From positions 185,107-249,106 of the forward strand of contig CAWEWF010000008.1 in the NCBI GenBank assembly GCA_963812605.1: a stretch of DNA of 64,000 bases, written 5' to 3'. The notes below the pieces were generated by a model. That model did no database searches. It was not told the DNA's origin and worked only from the letters and a program-made list of their open reading frames with translations. Positions 43,638 through 55,535 of the stretch are shown here, piece after piece. Origin of the DNA: an uncultured Verrucomicrobiae bacterium (lineage in GTDB: Bacteria; Verrucomicrobiota; Verrucomicrobiia; Palsa-1439). Within the stretch, counting starts at the first letter, position 1; every line of letters begins with the position of its first letter. The translations under genes were made by a program, and so were the position numbers.

Positions 43638-44275
43638 GCCTGGTCCACGAAGCGCTCCAGAAAGCCGAGCGCGAAAAGCAGCGCAAACTCGGCACAACGC
43701 CAAGCGCGCCGGTTTCTCCAGCCGCCCCGCCGCCGGTTTCTGCGCCCGTCATTCACGCGCCGCCCACGACCGCACCGGTGACTCACATTGCGCACGCGCC
43801 GGTTTCCCACCAACCGGCCGCTGCTGTTGAAGAAACGCCGGAGAAAAACAACTTTCTGCTGCCCGCGCTGATCGGTTGCGTCGCCATCGTGGCGATCATT
43901 GCCATCGTCTTTCTCGTGAGCAGCGCGACTTCGGTACTGCGACAATCCCGCGAGAATCCGCCAGTCACCGCGCCGGCTGCTTCTGCCGCCGTGGCGCCAT
44001 CGACTTCGCCTGCCGCGCCACAACCGACTGTGCCGTCGCCGGCCGATTCCGCGGCTCCCGCCACCGTGTCGCCACCGGCAGCGCCCGCGACCGATGAGGC
44101 GAAGTACAAGATCACCGGGGTCATGAAAGATCCTGACGGCAAGCCCTCGGCCGTGCTTAATGGCCGGGTCGCCTACGAGGGTTATTTCATAGACGGCGCG
44201 ACGGTGAAGAAGATCGAGACGGACCGCGTGACGCTGGACGTCAAGGGCCAGGAACTCGTGCTGCGTCTCCACTAA
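43634..44275 (+). CDS. ExeB/GspB-like membrane protein
   Basis: MSLVHEALQKAERE, Pro-rich linker, TM, C-terminal 'SAVLNGR...EG..IDGATVKKI'; ATGA overlap with exeA. Confidence 0.8.
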   Translation: MSLVHEALQKAEREKQRKLGTTPSAPVSPAAPPPVSAPVIHAPPTTAPVTHIAHAPVSHQPAAAVEETPEKNNFLLPALIGCVAIVAIIAIVFLVSSATSVLRQSRENPPVTAPAASAAVAPSTSPAAPQPTVPSPADSAAPATVSPPAAPATDEAKYKITGVMKDPDGKPSAVLNGRVAYEGYFIDGATVKKIETDRVTLDVKGQELVLRLH

Positions 44276-44285
44276 GACCGGTTTG

Positions 44286-44804
44286 CTACCGAAGCTTCCA
44301 GCGAATCAGGATTCCCATGAGTTCGTTGACGATGATCGTGGGCGTTTTATCCGACGGTTTGACCTGGTCGGGGTGGTCGAGGCGATGTGTGTCCGGTGGG
44401 GGAGCATGAGTGTCGGGTATCCGCGCATCCTTGAGCCAGTGCGGCTGAATATCAATGCCCGCATCCGTGAATGCCTTGTCGCCGATGACCAGAATGGCGC
44501 TCGCGCCAGCCGCGACGGCTGCAAGCGAGGCATGTTTCACGAGCAGGTCTCCGCTGGCGGACACCGTGCCGAGGACCTCATAGGGCCGATCAGGCAATTG
44601 GTCGTAGATGGCGACCCCGGCCCGGCCCATCTCGATGGGGGCCACATGCTTATTGGAGCGAGGCCAATCCTGCTGTTGACCCGTATAGGCAACGTAGCCA
44701 CCCTTTTTCAGCGCTTTCTCCGGCGTCATGGCAACGGCCACCGGGCCACTGGACAGAAAAACCGCCGAGGGAACCAAACAGAGAATCAGGGCAGTAAGCT
44801 TCAT
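44286..44804 (-). CDS. Hypothetical secreted protein
   Basis: Signal peptide; 'PDRPYEVLGTV..AVAAGASAIL'. Confidence 0.65.
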   Translation of the reverse strand: MKLTALILCLVPSAVFLSSGPVAVAMTPEKALKKGGYVAYTGQQQDWPRSNKHVAPIEMGRAGVAIYDQLPDRPYEVLGTVSASGDLLVKHASLAAVAAGASAILVIGDKAFTDAGIDIQPHWLKDARIPDTHAPPPDTHRLDHPDQVKPSDKTPTIIVNELMGILIRWKLR

Positions 44805-44888
44805 GATACAGGGCCTCACTTTCGATGGCCCATTATTTCGGATGGCTGCGGCGGGTGTCAAGAACGCCCTGCGACCACTGTAATCAGC

Positions 44889-45010
44889 GACGCATCTTGA
44901 CACTGCCACCAACGAGCCAACCGCCCTTTGTAGCCGCGAAACATTTTCGCGGGGAAAGGCCGCGAATGCGATTCGCGGCTACAATCCAGTGGCACTGCCA
45001 AGATGCACCC
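44889..45010. mobile_element. MITE-like element with internal REP doublet
   Basis: IRs GCATCTTGACACTGCCAC and GTGGCACTGCCAAGATGC; direct repeat GTAATCAGC at 44880-88 and 45011-19; internal GTAGCCGCGAA..TTCGCGGCTAC. Confidence 0.8.
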
Positions 45011-45014
45011 GTAA

Positions 45015-45473
45015 TCAGCTCCGCTGCTTCGTCCTGTCGGCAATGGCGCGCTGGATTTCGCGGTCGGCGGTCTTGCGTTTCAGGGTTTCGCGCTTGTCGA
45101 TCTGGGATTTGCCTTTGCCGATGCCGAGTTGGACCTTGGCGAACCGCTTGGTGAAGTAAATTTTCAGGGGGATGATTGCCATGCCCTGCGTGTTGAGCTG
45201 GTTGCCGAGACGGACGATTTCTTTCTTGTGGAGCAGCAGGCGGCGGGGACGGAGCGGGTCGACGTTGTTGCGATTGCCGAACTCGTAGGGATTGATGTGC
45301 GCGTTATACAGCCAGCACTGGCCGCGCTCGACGCGGGCGAAGGCTTCGTCAATCGAAGCGCGGGCGTTGCGGAGGGACTTGACCTCCGTGCCCTTCAACT
45401 CGATGCCCGCTTCGTACGTCTCGGTGATGAGATAGTCGCGGCGGGCTTTGTGGTTGAGAATCTGTGAAGCCAT
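45015..45473 (-). CDS. smpB: SsrA-binding protein
   Basis: EAGIELKGTEVKSLR, RRLLLHKKEI, GKGK..DKRE. Confidence 0.97.
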   Translation of the reverse strand: MASQILNHKARRDYLITETYEAGIELKGTEVKSLRNARASIDEAFARVERGQCWLYNAHINPYEFGNRNNVDPLRPRRLLLHKKEIVRLGNQLNTQGMAIIPLKIYFTKRFAKVQLGIGKGKSQIDKRETLKRKTADREIQRAIADRTKQRS

Positions 45474-45523
45474 CGCCGGCCAGTATATTGGCCGCGGCCA
45501 CGCAATCCCAACTCAAAAACGCG

Positions 45524-45763
45524 CTATTCGATAGGGAGAGCGGGCACTTCCGGCAAAGCCTCGGTGTCGTTGGGGAATTCGTACCCGAGCTTGCCTTCGC
45601 TGATTTCCTTCAGCGCGATCTCCGAGTAATCCATCCGTGGATCCGTCTGCGTGAGGGGCCGATGTCCCTGGGCCAGCTGGCGCACACGACGCGAAACCAG
45701 GTTGATGAGCAATTCAGGATTCGGGATGCGTAGTTGGGCGGGTTCCATAAAGTTGCTCTTCAT
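45524..45763 (-). CDS. rpoZ: RNA polymerase omega subunit (start uncertain)
   Basis: 'LLINLVSRRVRQL..GHRPL..IALKEISEGKL'. Confidence 0.8.
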   Translation of the reverse strand: MKSNFMEPAQLRIPNPELLINLVSRRVRQLAQGHRPLTQTDPRMDYSEIALKEISEGKLGYEFPNDTEALPEVPALPIE

Positions 45764-45939
45764 TCGTAATGGGACGATGACTTTAGGTGTTTCTGGTTCC
45801 ATGGACAAGCCTTATTTTCCTATTTGAGCGAACTGGAAGTGTATGGAAAGCCCATCAATGATGCAACTTCTAATTTTTGCCGCACAAAGCGCCTGAAGCG
45901 GTATCTTGCAGAAGGGAGAGCCTGTGGTATAATTCAACA

Positions 45940-46182
45940 GTGCCAACGGTCCACCGTGAGTCCGGGTTTGAGTTTTATTTCTACGCGGAAGAAGGCACCG
46001 AGCCACCGCATGTACATGCAGATAAGGGTGATGGAACAGCCAAGGTGTGGCTTGATCCGGCGGGTTTGGCATGGACCGAGGGATTGAAGGTAAGTGAAGT
46101 TCGACAGATTTTGCGAATCACGGAGCGACAACGGTCAAAACTATTGAAGGCTTGGAATGAGTTCTTCGCGCGCAAAAATTAA
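45940..46182 (+). CDS. DUF4160-family TA component
   Basis: 'PTVHRESGFEFYFY..EPPHVH..AKVWL..AWNEFF'. Confidence 0.85.
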   Translation: MPTVHRESGFEFYFYAEEGTEPPHVHADKGDGTAKVWLDPAGLAWTEGLKVSEVRQILRITERQRSKLLKAWNEFFARKN

Positions 46183-46438
46183 GAATGTGGTCGTCAACCA
46201 CGAGACGCTCACAGCGGAACTTGTGGATGGACGCGTCATCAGCGTGCCATTGACCTGGTATCCGACACTGCTGCAGGCCACGGCCAAGCAATTGCGCAAC
46301 TGGAAACGATGCGGCACCGGGACCGGCATCCACTGGCCCGCCCTAGACTATCACCTGAGCATCGATGGGCTGCTCCAGGGTGCGCACGAAGCCGAAGGCG
46401 TCACCCGCCGCCTCCTGGCGCATACGCAACATAGTTAG
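46157..46438 (+). CDS. DUF2442-family TA component
   Basis: 'LVDGRVISVPLTWYPTL..GIHWPALDYHLSIDGLL'. Confidence 0.88.
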   Translation: MSSSRAKIKNVVVNHETLTAELVDGRVISVPLTWYPTLLQATAKQLRNWKRCGTGTGIHWPALDYHLSIDGLLQGAHEAEGVTRRLLAHTQHS

Positions 46439-46638
46439 TCCTGCTTTTTTAGAGCGACTAATGTATTCTCCTGCCACACGATCATTTCAGCAACTTCTTT
46501 AGATCCTTAAAATACAGGTCGAGCGCCTTTCCATGTAAACGTCAGCACCTCAACACCGTTTCTTCAAAGCCGCGAAGGCTTTATCACTCTTTTTTGCGTC
46601 TGTGACAGGAACCAAACTCATGAATTCCTTGGAAGCAG

Positions 46639-46664
46639 AAAGGGGCGGGCCAACGGCCCGCCCC
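46639..46664 (-). terminator. Intrinsic terminator after groEL
   Basis: GGGGCGGGCC-GTT-GGCCCGCCCC followed by TTTCT on the minus strand. Confidence 0.7.
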
Positions 46665-46694
46665 CTCTGAATAACAGTTGCTTGCCATCTTAGC

Positions 46695-48348
<1,654 letters not shown>

Positions 48349-48359
48349 TTATCTATTCG

Positions 48360-48649
48360 TTATTCCAGGATCGCCGAGGATCTCGGCTCTCTTCCATGAT
48401 CAGATATTCTTTGCCGTCAATCTTGATTTCCGTGCCGCCATACTTGCTGATCAGCACGCGATCGCCCTTCTTCACTTCAAACGGAATGAGCTTGCCGTCC
48501 TCATCGCGCTTGCCGGTGCCCAGGGCAATGACCTTGCCTTCCTGGGGCTTTTCCTTGGCGGTGTCGGGAATAATGATCCCGCCCTTCTTCACTTCCTGCT
48601 CTTCAACCGGCTGCACCAGCACCCGATCGCCCAATGGTTTTACGCTCAT
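48360..48649 (-). CDS. groES: Co-chaperonin GroES (indels near 3' end)
   Basis: [30 protein letters not shown]. Confidence 0.96.
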
Positions 48650-48692
48650 CGTTTTCTGCACTCCTGTTTGGTTTATGTTTGTTGTTTAAGCC

Positions 48693-48760
48693 CTGGTGGC
48701 GCAGGCGTCCCTGCCTGCGATCAATCGTCCCCCGCAAGCACGGAGGCTTGCGCCACCACC
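48693..48760. repeat. REP-like doublet between dnaK and groES
   Basis: GGTGGCGCAGGCGTCCCTGCCTGCG ... CGCAAGCACGGAGGCTTGCGCCACC form an inverted pair. Confidence 0.75.
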
Positions 48761-48766
48761 GGAAAC

Positions 48767-50724
48767 TCACGCCTTCTTCTTATCCTCGTCCACCATCTCG
48801 AAATCGGCGTCCACGACGTCGCCCTCTTTCCGGCCGGCTTCGCCGGTTCCGCCGTTGCTTCGGGCTGGGGCCCGGGTCCACCGGGGGCCGCGCCGGGCGT
48901 GGACTTCTCGCGCGCCTTCGAATAGATGTCCGACGAAACCGCATGCCAAACCTCGGTCAATTGCTCCTCGGCGGTCTTCATCGCGTCGAAGTCTTCGCCC
49001 TTGAGCGCGTCCTTGACCTTCGCCAGCGCGTCTTCCAGTTTCTTGCGCTGGTCGTCGCTGATGAGGTCCTTGTGCTCCTTCATCAACTTCTCGGTCTCGT
49101 ACACGCGCGCGTCGCTGCGGTTCTTCAATTCGATCTGCTCGCGCAGCTTCTGATCTTCCTCGGCGTGCGCTTCGGCTTCCTTCCGCATCTTCTCGACCTC
49201 TTCCTTCGAGAGGCCGCTGGACGCGGTAATGGTTATCTTCTGCGATTTGCCCGTGCCCAGGTCCTTCGCGCTGACATGCAGGATGCCGTTGGCATCGATG
49301 TCGAACCCGACTTCAATCTGTGGCACGCCCCGCGGCGCCGGCGGAATGTCCGTCAGGTGAAAACGCCCGATGGTCTTGTTGTCGCGCGCCAGCGGGCGTT
49401 CGCCCTGCATGACGTGGACCTCGACGCTGGTCTGGCTGTCGGCCGCTGTCGAGAAAATTTCGCTCTTGCGGGTCGGGATCGTCGTATTGCGCGGAATGAG
49501 CGGGGTGAAAACGTTCCCCAAGGTCTCAATGCCGAGCGACAACGGCGTCACATCGAGTAGCACGATGTCCTGTTTGACCTGGCCCGTGAGCACGCCGCCC
49601 TGGATGCCCGCGCCAATCGCGACGACTTCGTCGGGATTCACGCCCTGATGCGGCGCTTTGCCAATAAGTTTGCGTGCTGTCTCCACGACCTTCGGCATGC
49701 GCGTCATGCCGCCGACGAGCACCAGCTCGTCCACTTTCGAAATGTCGAGTTTGCCGTCGCGCAAGCACGCTTCCACGGGAGGAATGGTGCGCTCGATCAA
49801 TTCGTCGCAAAGTTGTTCGAGTTTCGCCCGCGTCAATTTCTTGACGATATGCTTCGGCCCGCTGGCGTCCGCGGTGATGAACGGCAGGTTGATCTCGTAT
49901 TCCATCGCGCTGGAAAGCGCGATCTTGGCCTTTTCGCTTTCTTCCTTGATGCGCTGGAGGGCGTCGGGCTGTTTCTTCAGGTCGACCCCGGTTTCCTTCT
50001 TGAAGTCGTCGATGATCCAATTCATCACACGCTCGTCGAAATCGTCACCGCCGAGATGCGTGTCGCCGTTGGTGGCGAGCACCTCGAAGACGCCGTCGCC
50101 GATGTTCAGCAGTGAAATATCGAATGTGCCGCCGCCGAGGTCATACACGGCGATATGCTCGTCCTTCTTCTTGTCGAGGCCGTAGGCGAGCGAGGCGGCG
50201 GTGGGCTCATTGATGATGCGGAGGACTTCCATCCCGGCAATCTTGCCCGCGTCCTTGGTCGCCTGGCGCTGCGCGTCATTGAAATACGCGGGAACCGTGA
50301 TGACGGCCTGGGTGATCTTTTCGCCGAGGTAGGTTTCGGCATCCGCTTTCATCTTGGCGAGGATCATCGCGGAGATTTCCGGCGGCGTGAATGTTTTCTC
50401 TTCACCGCCAACCGTGACCTTGACGCCGGCGTCGCCGTTGGACGCGCGGACGACTTGATAGGGAACGCGTTTGCGTTCCATCTCGACCTCGTCGTACTTG
50501 CGCCCCATGAAACGCTTGATCGAGTAAACCGTGTTCGTCGGATTGACGACACCCTGCCGTTTGGCGGCCTGGCCGACAAGCCGTTCGCCGGATTTCGTGA
50601 ACGCCACGATCGATGGCGTTGTCCGCCCGCCTTCCGCATTGGGGATGACGACGGGTTCTCCGCCCTCCATGACCGCCATACACGAGTTGGTTGTGCCTAA
50701 ATCGATTCCTAAAACTTTTGCCAT
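48767..50724 (-). CDS. dnaK: Chaperone DnaK (frameshift near 3' end)
   Basis: [25 protein letters not shown]; C-terminal [10 protein letters not shown] is in the alternative frame. Confidence 0.97.
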
Positions 50725-50771
50725 TGTAGTAAGTGCTCCTCTCCAGTGGAGTAAAATTCGATACATCCCTT

Positions 50772-50787
50772 AGCAATGCCAATGCCA
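50772..50787 (-). promoter_or_regulatory. Putative sigma-54 promoter of dnaK-groES-groEL
   Basis: Minus strand reads TGGCAT-TGGCA-TTGCT, 47 bp upstream of dnaK. Confidence 0.7.
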
Positions 50788-50960
50788 TGAAATTTATTTC
50801 ATGCGCAAGTTATTGTTGATAAACCTGTTGGAAATATGCTGGCGAAGAAATCATGTGTGCCATGGCACAGTAGCGGTGACACACTATCCCCTTCTGCTGT
50901 CTCACACGCGCCATCGTGTCACAGCTTGACCAGCTCGTCGCGGGTGGTCAATATCACGGC

Positions 50961-51923
50961 ATGGTTTGGAAGATTCTGGTAACGCGCCGCATACCGGCTG
51001 AGGGCATGGATCTGCTTCGCCAAAGCGGCGCGGAGATCCTTTTGCATGACGAAGAAGCTCCCTTGCCGCGCAATGAACTCCTGGCGCAAATGCGCTCCTG
51101 TGATGGCGTCATCATTGGGGGCGGTGAACGCGTCGATATCGAATTCCTCGACGCGGCGCCAAAACTCAAAGTTGTTTCCTGCATCGCCGTCGGCTACGAC
51201 AACGTCGATCTCGCGGAGGCCACTCGTCGCCACGTTGCCGTTACCAACACGCCCGATGTTCTCACCGACGCGGTTGCCGATCTCACGTGGGCGCTGATTC
51301 TCGGCGTCGCGCGCCGGGTCGTCGAAGGCGACCGTCTTACCCGCTCCGGCCAATGGCGGGGCCTGTCGCCCACGCTCCTGCGCGGCGTCGACGTGGCGGG
51401 CAAGACCCTCGGCATCGTCGGGGCCGGCCGCATCGGCGCGGCGGTGGCGAAACGCGGCACGGGTTTTTCGATGCGTCTTCTGTATTTTGCGCGCGGTGCG
51501 AAGCCTGAGATGGAAGCGCTCGGCGGCCGGCGCACCACCTTCAACGAGATCCTGCGCGAATCCGACTTCCTGTGTATCCACGTCCCCCTGACGCCCGACA
51601 CGCGGCATCTGTTCGGCGAGGCGGAGTTCCGAAAGATGAAACCAACGGCGTTTTTCATCAATATGGCCCGTGGCGCCGTGGTCGATGAAGCCGCGCTGGT
51701 AAAGGCGCTGCAAGAAGGTTGGATCGCCGGCGCAGGACTGGATGTTTACGAACACGAGCCGCAGATCAGTCCGGGATTGGTGCCGATGTCGAACACGTTG
51801 TTGCTGCCGCACCTTGGCAGCGCGACCGTGGAAACCCGCCGTCGCATGTCGATCCTCGCTGTGGAGAATTTGCTGGCAGTGCTGGAAGGGCGGCCATGCC
51901 CGAATGTCGTCAACCCATTTTGA
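50961..51923 (+). CDS. D-2-hydroxyacid dehydrogenase (glyoxylate reductase-like)
   Basis: VGYDNVD, TNTPDVLT, GAGRIG, NMARG, LDVYEHEP, PHLGSAT. Confidence 0.92.
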   Translation: MVWKILVTRRIPAEGMDLLRQSGAEILLHDEEAPLPRNELLAQMRSCDGVIIGGGERVDIEFLDAAPKLKVVSCIAVGYDNVDLAEATRRHVAVTNTPDVLTDAVADLTWALILGVARRVVEGDRLTRSGQWRGLSPTLLRGVDVAGKTLGIVGAGRIGAAVAKRGTGFSMRLLYFARGAKPEMEALGGRRTTFNEILRESDFLCIHVPLTPDTRHLFGEAEFRKMKPTAFFINMARGAVVDEAALVKALQEGWIAGAGLDVYEHEPQISPGLVPMSNTLLLPHLGSATVETRRRMSILAVENLLAVLEGRPCPNVVNPF

Positions 51924-53034
51924 AGCCGAGCGCCGCAAACTTGGCGCGCAATTGCTCGGTTGCGCCTTGTAGCACCAAACTTATGTTAAAAAACTCGCGT
52001 CTCTTCCAATATTCAGCACGAAGCTTGTCGAATTGCTGGATGCCCGCGCGCAACGCTGCATCATCCGCAACGATGTCGTAGACGCGTTCGATAATACCTC
52101 GCAACACGGCTTCGTCGTCATCATCAGGATTGAATCTGCCCTGCATGGAAGGCTCAGGCGGTAAGTCCAGTTCAGGCTGCCAATCTGGTTCAACTCGAAA
52201 AAACTCACACACGGCACGATAGATCATCTGGGTGCCATTCACCTTGCCATCGAAGCTGTAACCGGCGATGTGCGGCGTGCCGAGATCAACCACTTCGAGC
52301 AATTCGGGCGAGATGTTCGGTTCGTTCTCCCAAACGTCCAACACCGCGCCTCCAAGTTTCCCACCGTCAATTGCCTTGAGGAGTGCCTTGTTATCAATGA
52401 CCGCGCCACGCGAGGTGTTGATAAGAATCGGCAATCGATCCTCCAGGGCGGAGAGCGTGTCCTTCGCAAACAGATGGTGCGTGGCATACGCGCCCGCTTT
52501 TGTCAGCGGGACGTGCAGTGAAATGATGTCCGCCTCGGAGAGCACCCGCCCGATCGCGACAAAATCAGTGAGCCTCTCGGCGCGAGCCCGCGGCGGGTCG
52601 TTCTGCAACACGCGCATGCCGAGCGCTTCGGCATAGCAGGCAACACGGGAACCGACGTTGCCTACCCCGATTACGCCGAGCGTTTTGTCGCGCAGCCTGA
52701 ATTTCCGCCGTTGGGCCATTTCCAGCATGGCCGCCACTACGTATTCCGCGACGGAATTCGCGTTGCTGCCTTGCGCACTGGCAAAGCCAATACCCTTGGC
52801 CAACAGGTAGGCCTGGTCGATATGGTCGGTGCCAATAGTGGCCGTGCCGACAAACTTCACCGGGCTGCCGTCCAGCAAGGCGGCATTTACGGGTGTGACG
52901 GACCGCACCAGCAGCGCATCGGCATCGCGCACTGTTTCCGCCGTGATTTCGCGCCCCGGCGCCAGCCGCACCTCGCCCAGCGGGCCAAACGCCTCCTGGA
53001 CGAAGGGGATATTTGGATCGGCAACGATTCTCAT
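51910..53034 (-). CDS. pdxB: Erythronate-4-phosphate dehydrogenase
   Basis: LLVRSVT, GTATIGTDH, NANSVAEYV, TPHIAGYS.DGK, FDKLR.EY.RREF. Confidence 0.92.
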   Translation of the reverse strand: MRIVADPNIPFVQEAFGPLGEVRLAPGREITAETVRDADALLVRSVTPVNAALLDGSPVKFVGTATIGTDHIDQAYLLAKGIGFASAQGSNANSVAEYVVAAMLEMAQRRKFRLRDKTLGVIGVGNVGSRVACYAEALGMRVLQNDPPRARAERLTDFVAIGRVLSEADIISLHVPLTKAGAYATHHLFAKDTLSALEDRLPILINTSRGAVIDNKALLKAIDGGKLGGAVLDVWENEPNISPELLEVVDLGTPHIAGYSFDGKVNGTQMIYRAVCEFFRVEPDWQPELDLPPEPSMQGRFNPDDDDEAVLRGIIERVYDIVADDAALRAGIQQFDKLRAEYWKRREFFNISLVLQGATEQLRAKFAALGFKMG

Positions 53035-53128
53035 GTATTGTGATGAGCCAGTGTAACAACGATTTTGGCGTTTGACGATGGCGGAGCGCGCGGGTATCCT
53101 CCCCGAGCTTCATTACGGAATACAAAAT

Positions 53129-54820
53129 ATGTTTATTAGCATGCAGGCATTGGTCCACAAACATGGACCGTTGATTTTGGGAATCATCCTCGCCGTCAGC
53201 GTGGGCATGGGGCTTTTGTTCACCCCGTCAGGCTCCCTGATGGGGGGAAAGGAGAAGACCCAGGACTTGCCGACGATTGCCGGCAAACCGGTCAATCCCG
53301 CGGAATTTCAGACCGCCAAGAACGCCGTGATGACGCAGGTTGTGTTCAGCAGCGGCCGGCAACCCTCTCGCTCGCTTGAATTTGAGGACCAGCTCAACAT
53401 CGACGCCGTGGAACGCCTCATCTTGATGCGCAAGGCCAAAGAATTCGGCATCAGCGCCACCGAGGATGAGGTGGTCCAGGAGTTGCGCGCAATGCCCGCC
53501 TTCCTCAACGAGCAGAAACAATTTGACCCTGACCGTCTGGTCCGCTACCTGAACTTTCTCAACAATCTCGGCATTAGCGAAGAGCAGTTGAAGGAAACGA
53601 TCCGCGAACAAATCATGCTGGCCCGGCTCCGCGCGTTGATTGCCACGGCGGCAAAGGTCACGCCGACCGAATTGAAGCTCGCCTACATGCCGCTGCATGA
53701 GGAAACGACTGTCGACTATGTCGAGTTCAACGCGGCCGACCACAAAGAAAACCTCGACATCAAGGATGACGAGGCCCGGACATTCTATGACCTGAACAAA
53801 GAGAAGTTCCGCAAGCCTGCCCAGGTCAAGGTTCGCTATGTCTATTTCACGATTTCGGATGCCCGGAAGTCCGTCACGCTCGGTGAGGACGAGATCGGGG
53901 AGTATTATGAACTGAACAAGGCCAAGTACCTCGACGACCAGGACAAACCCAGGCCGCTGTCCGACGTGAAGGACGAAGTGAAGAAGGATTTGCTCGACCT
54001 TCGCGCCGCGCGGCTCGCGGGTGACCGCGCCACCGGGTTCTCGGTCAAACTCGTGCACGAGCCGGGCGCGGCCCGGCCTGATTTTGCGAAAATCGCGTCG
54101 GACTTCGGTCTCACCCCGAACGAGACGGATTTCTTTAGTTTGCGGGGCACGATCGCCGGCATTAACGCCGGGCTGCAATTCAATCAGGCGGCGTTCTCGC
54201 TGAGCCCGGAAGTGCCCTTCAGCGATCCCGTGCGCGGAGAAGATGGTTATTACGTGCTGGAATACCTCGCCGACCGGCCGAGCGAGGTCCCGCCATTCGA
54301 CCAGGTCAAAGAAAAGGTCATCGATCTCCTGAAACAGCAACGGGCCGTTGATGCCGCGGTCAAACAGGGTCGCGAACTCGACGCGAAGGTAAAAGAGGCT
54401 GTTGCCGCGGGCAAGAGCTTCAGCGATGCGTGCGCTTCCGCCCATCTGAAGGTCAAAGCGCTCGAGCCATTTTCCATCGCGCAGGAAACAACCAATATCC
54501 CGTTCGCCAATCGGGTCACGGACATGGCGCTGGGGATGCCGACGAACGCCGTCAGCGACTTCATCCTTACGGGGGATGGCGGGTTGTTCTTCTATCTCAA
54601 GCAACGCACGCCGGCGAATCCCGAGGCTTTCGAGAAGGACAAGGCGCAAATGGCCATGCAGCTTCTCGATCGCAATCGCCAGGCGCTCTTCGAAGATTGG
54701 GTGAACACGGTCATGCGAGACGAGCGCATTGAATACAAACGCAAGGCGCATCCAAAACAACAGGAATCGCCCGCCGAAGACGCCGAACCCGTCGATCAGT
54801 CGGCCCCCGCGAAAAGTTAG
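53129..54820 (+). CDS. PpiD/SurA-N-like periplasmic chaperone
   Basis: N-terminal TM, 'PAFLNEQKQFD', 'PAQVKVRYVYF', rotamase-like 'SDPVRGEDGYYVL'. Confidence 0.8.
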   Translation: MFISMQALVHKHGPLILGIILAVSVGMGLLFTPSGSLMGGKEKTQDLPTIAGKPVNPAEFQTAKNAVMTQVVFSSGRQPSRSLEFEDQLNIDAVERLILMRKAKEFGISATEDEVVQELRAMPAFLNEQKQFDPDRLVRYLNFLNNLGISEEQLKETIREQIMLARLRALIATAAKVTPTELKLAYMPLHEETTVDYVEFNAADHKENLDIKDDEARTFYDLNKEKFRKPAQVKVRYVYFTISDARKSVTLGEDEIGEYYELNKAKYLDDQDKPRPLSDVKDEVKKDLLDLRAARLAGDRATGFSVKLVHEPGAARPDFAKIASDFGLTPNETDFFSLRGTIAGINAGLQFNQAAFSLSPEVPFSDPVRGEDGYYVLEYLADRPSEVPPFDQVKEKVIDLLKQQRAVDAAVKQGRELDAKVKEAVAAGKSFSDACASAHLKVKALEPFSIAQETTNIPFANRVTDMALGMPTNAVSDFILTGDGGLFFYLKQRTPANPEAFEKDKAQMAMQLLDRNRQALFEDWVNTVMRDERIEYKRKAHPKQQESPAEDAEPVDQSAPAKS

Positions 54821-54824
54821 CCGC

Positions 54825-55535
54825 TCATCCGCCTGCGCGGCACGCCTTCACGAACTCCCGAAAAAGTTTTTGGAACTGCGGCGCCTTTTTCACGAGCCGT
54901 TCCGGATGGAATTGCACCCCGCAACAAAACCGTGATCCCGGTTGCTCCAGCGCCTCGATGGTCCCGTCGGGCGCGCGCGCAACCACGACAAAACCACGCG
55001 CGACGCGGTCCACTGCCTGGTGATGGCTCGTATTCACGCGGTCGAAGCCTTCCATCGCCCGGTGCAATCTTCCCGGCTTCGTCCATTCGATCTTGTGCGC
55101 GAAGGCGTCGGGTTGCGGATTACGATGGCCGGCAAGGTGCGGCAGCAGCGTCCCGCCGAAGGCCACATTCATCACCTGGATCCCCCGGCAGATTCCGAAC
55201 ACGGGTTGGTCGCGCTCCCGCAGCTTGCGCAATACGTAAATCTCCATCTCATCACGCACTTCGTCCGCGCCCGAGATTTTCTTGCGTAGCGCGGCGGACA
55301 TCCGCGGCGCGTAGAACTTCGCGGCCACGTCGCCGCCGCCAGTCAACAGCCAACCGGCGCACGTCCCAAGAAAATGGTCGAGCACCCGCGGATCGCGGGT
55401 CAGCGGTACGATGAGCGGGATGCCGCCGCCCAGTTCGATGGCCTCCGAATAGGAGACGCCGCAAAACGAGCCGCGCCCATCGATCCGCGACGGTAGCGTG
55501 ATGGCTTCGGGCGTAATGGCGATGACGGGTTTCAT
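54825..55535 (-). CDS. Peptidase C26 / gamma-glutamyl-GABA hydrolase family
   Basis: LLTGGGDV, GICRGIQ, VNTSHHQAV, GVQFHPE. Confidence 0.92.
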   Translation of the reverse strand: MKPVIAITPEAITLPSRIDGRGSFCGVSYSEAIELGGGIPLIVPLTRDPRVLDHFLGTCAGWLLTGGGDVAAKFYAPRMSAALRKKISGADEVRDEMEIYVLRKLRERDQPVFGICRGIQVMNVAFGGTLLPHLAGHRNPQPDAFAHKIEWTKPGRLHRAMEGFDRVNTSHHQAVDRVARGFVVVARAPDGTIEALEQPGSRFCCGVQFHPERLVKKAPQFQKLFREFVKACRAGG

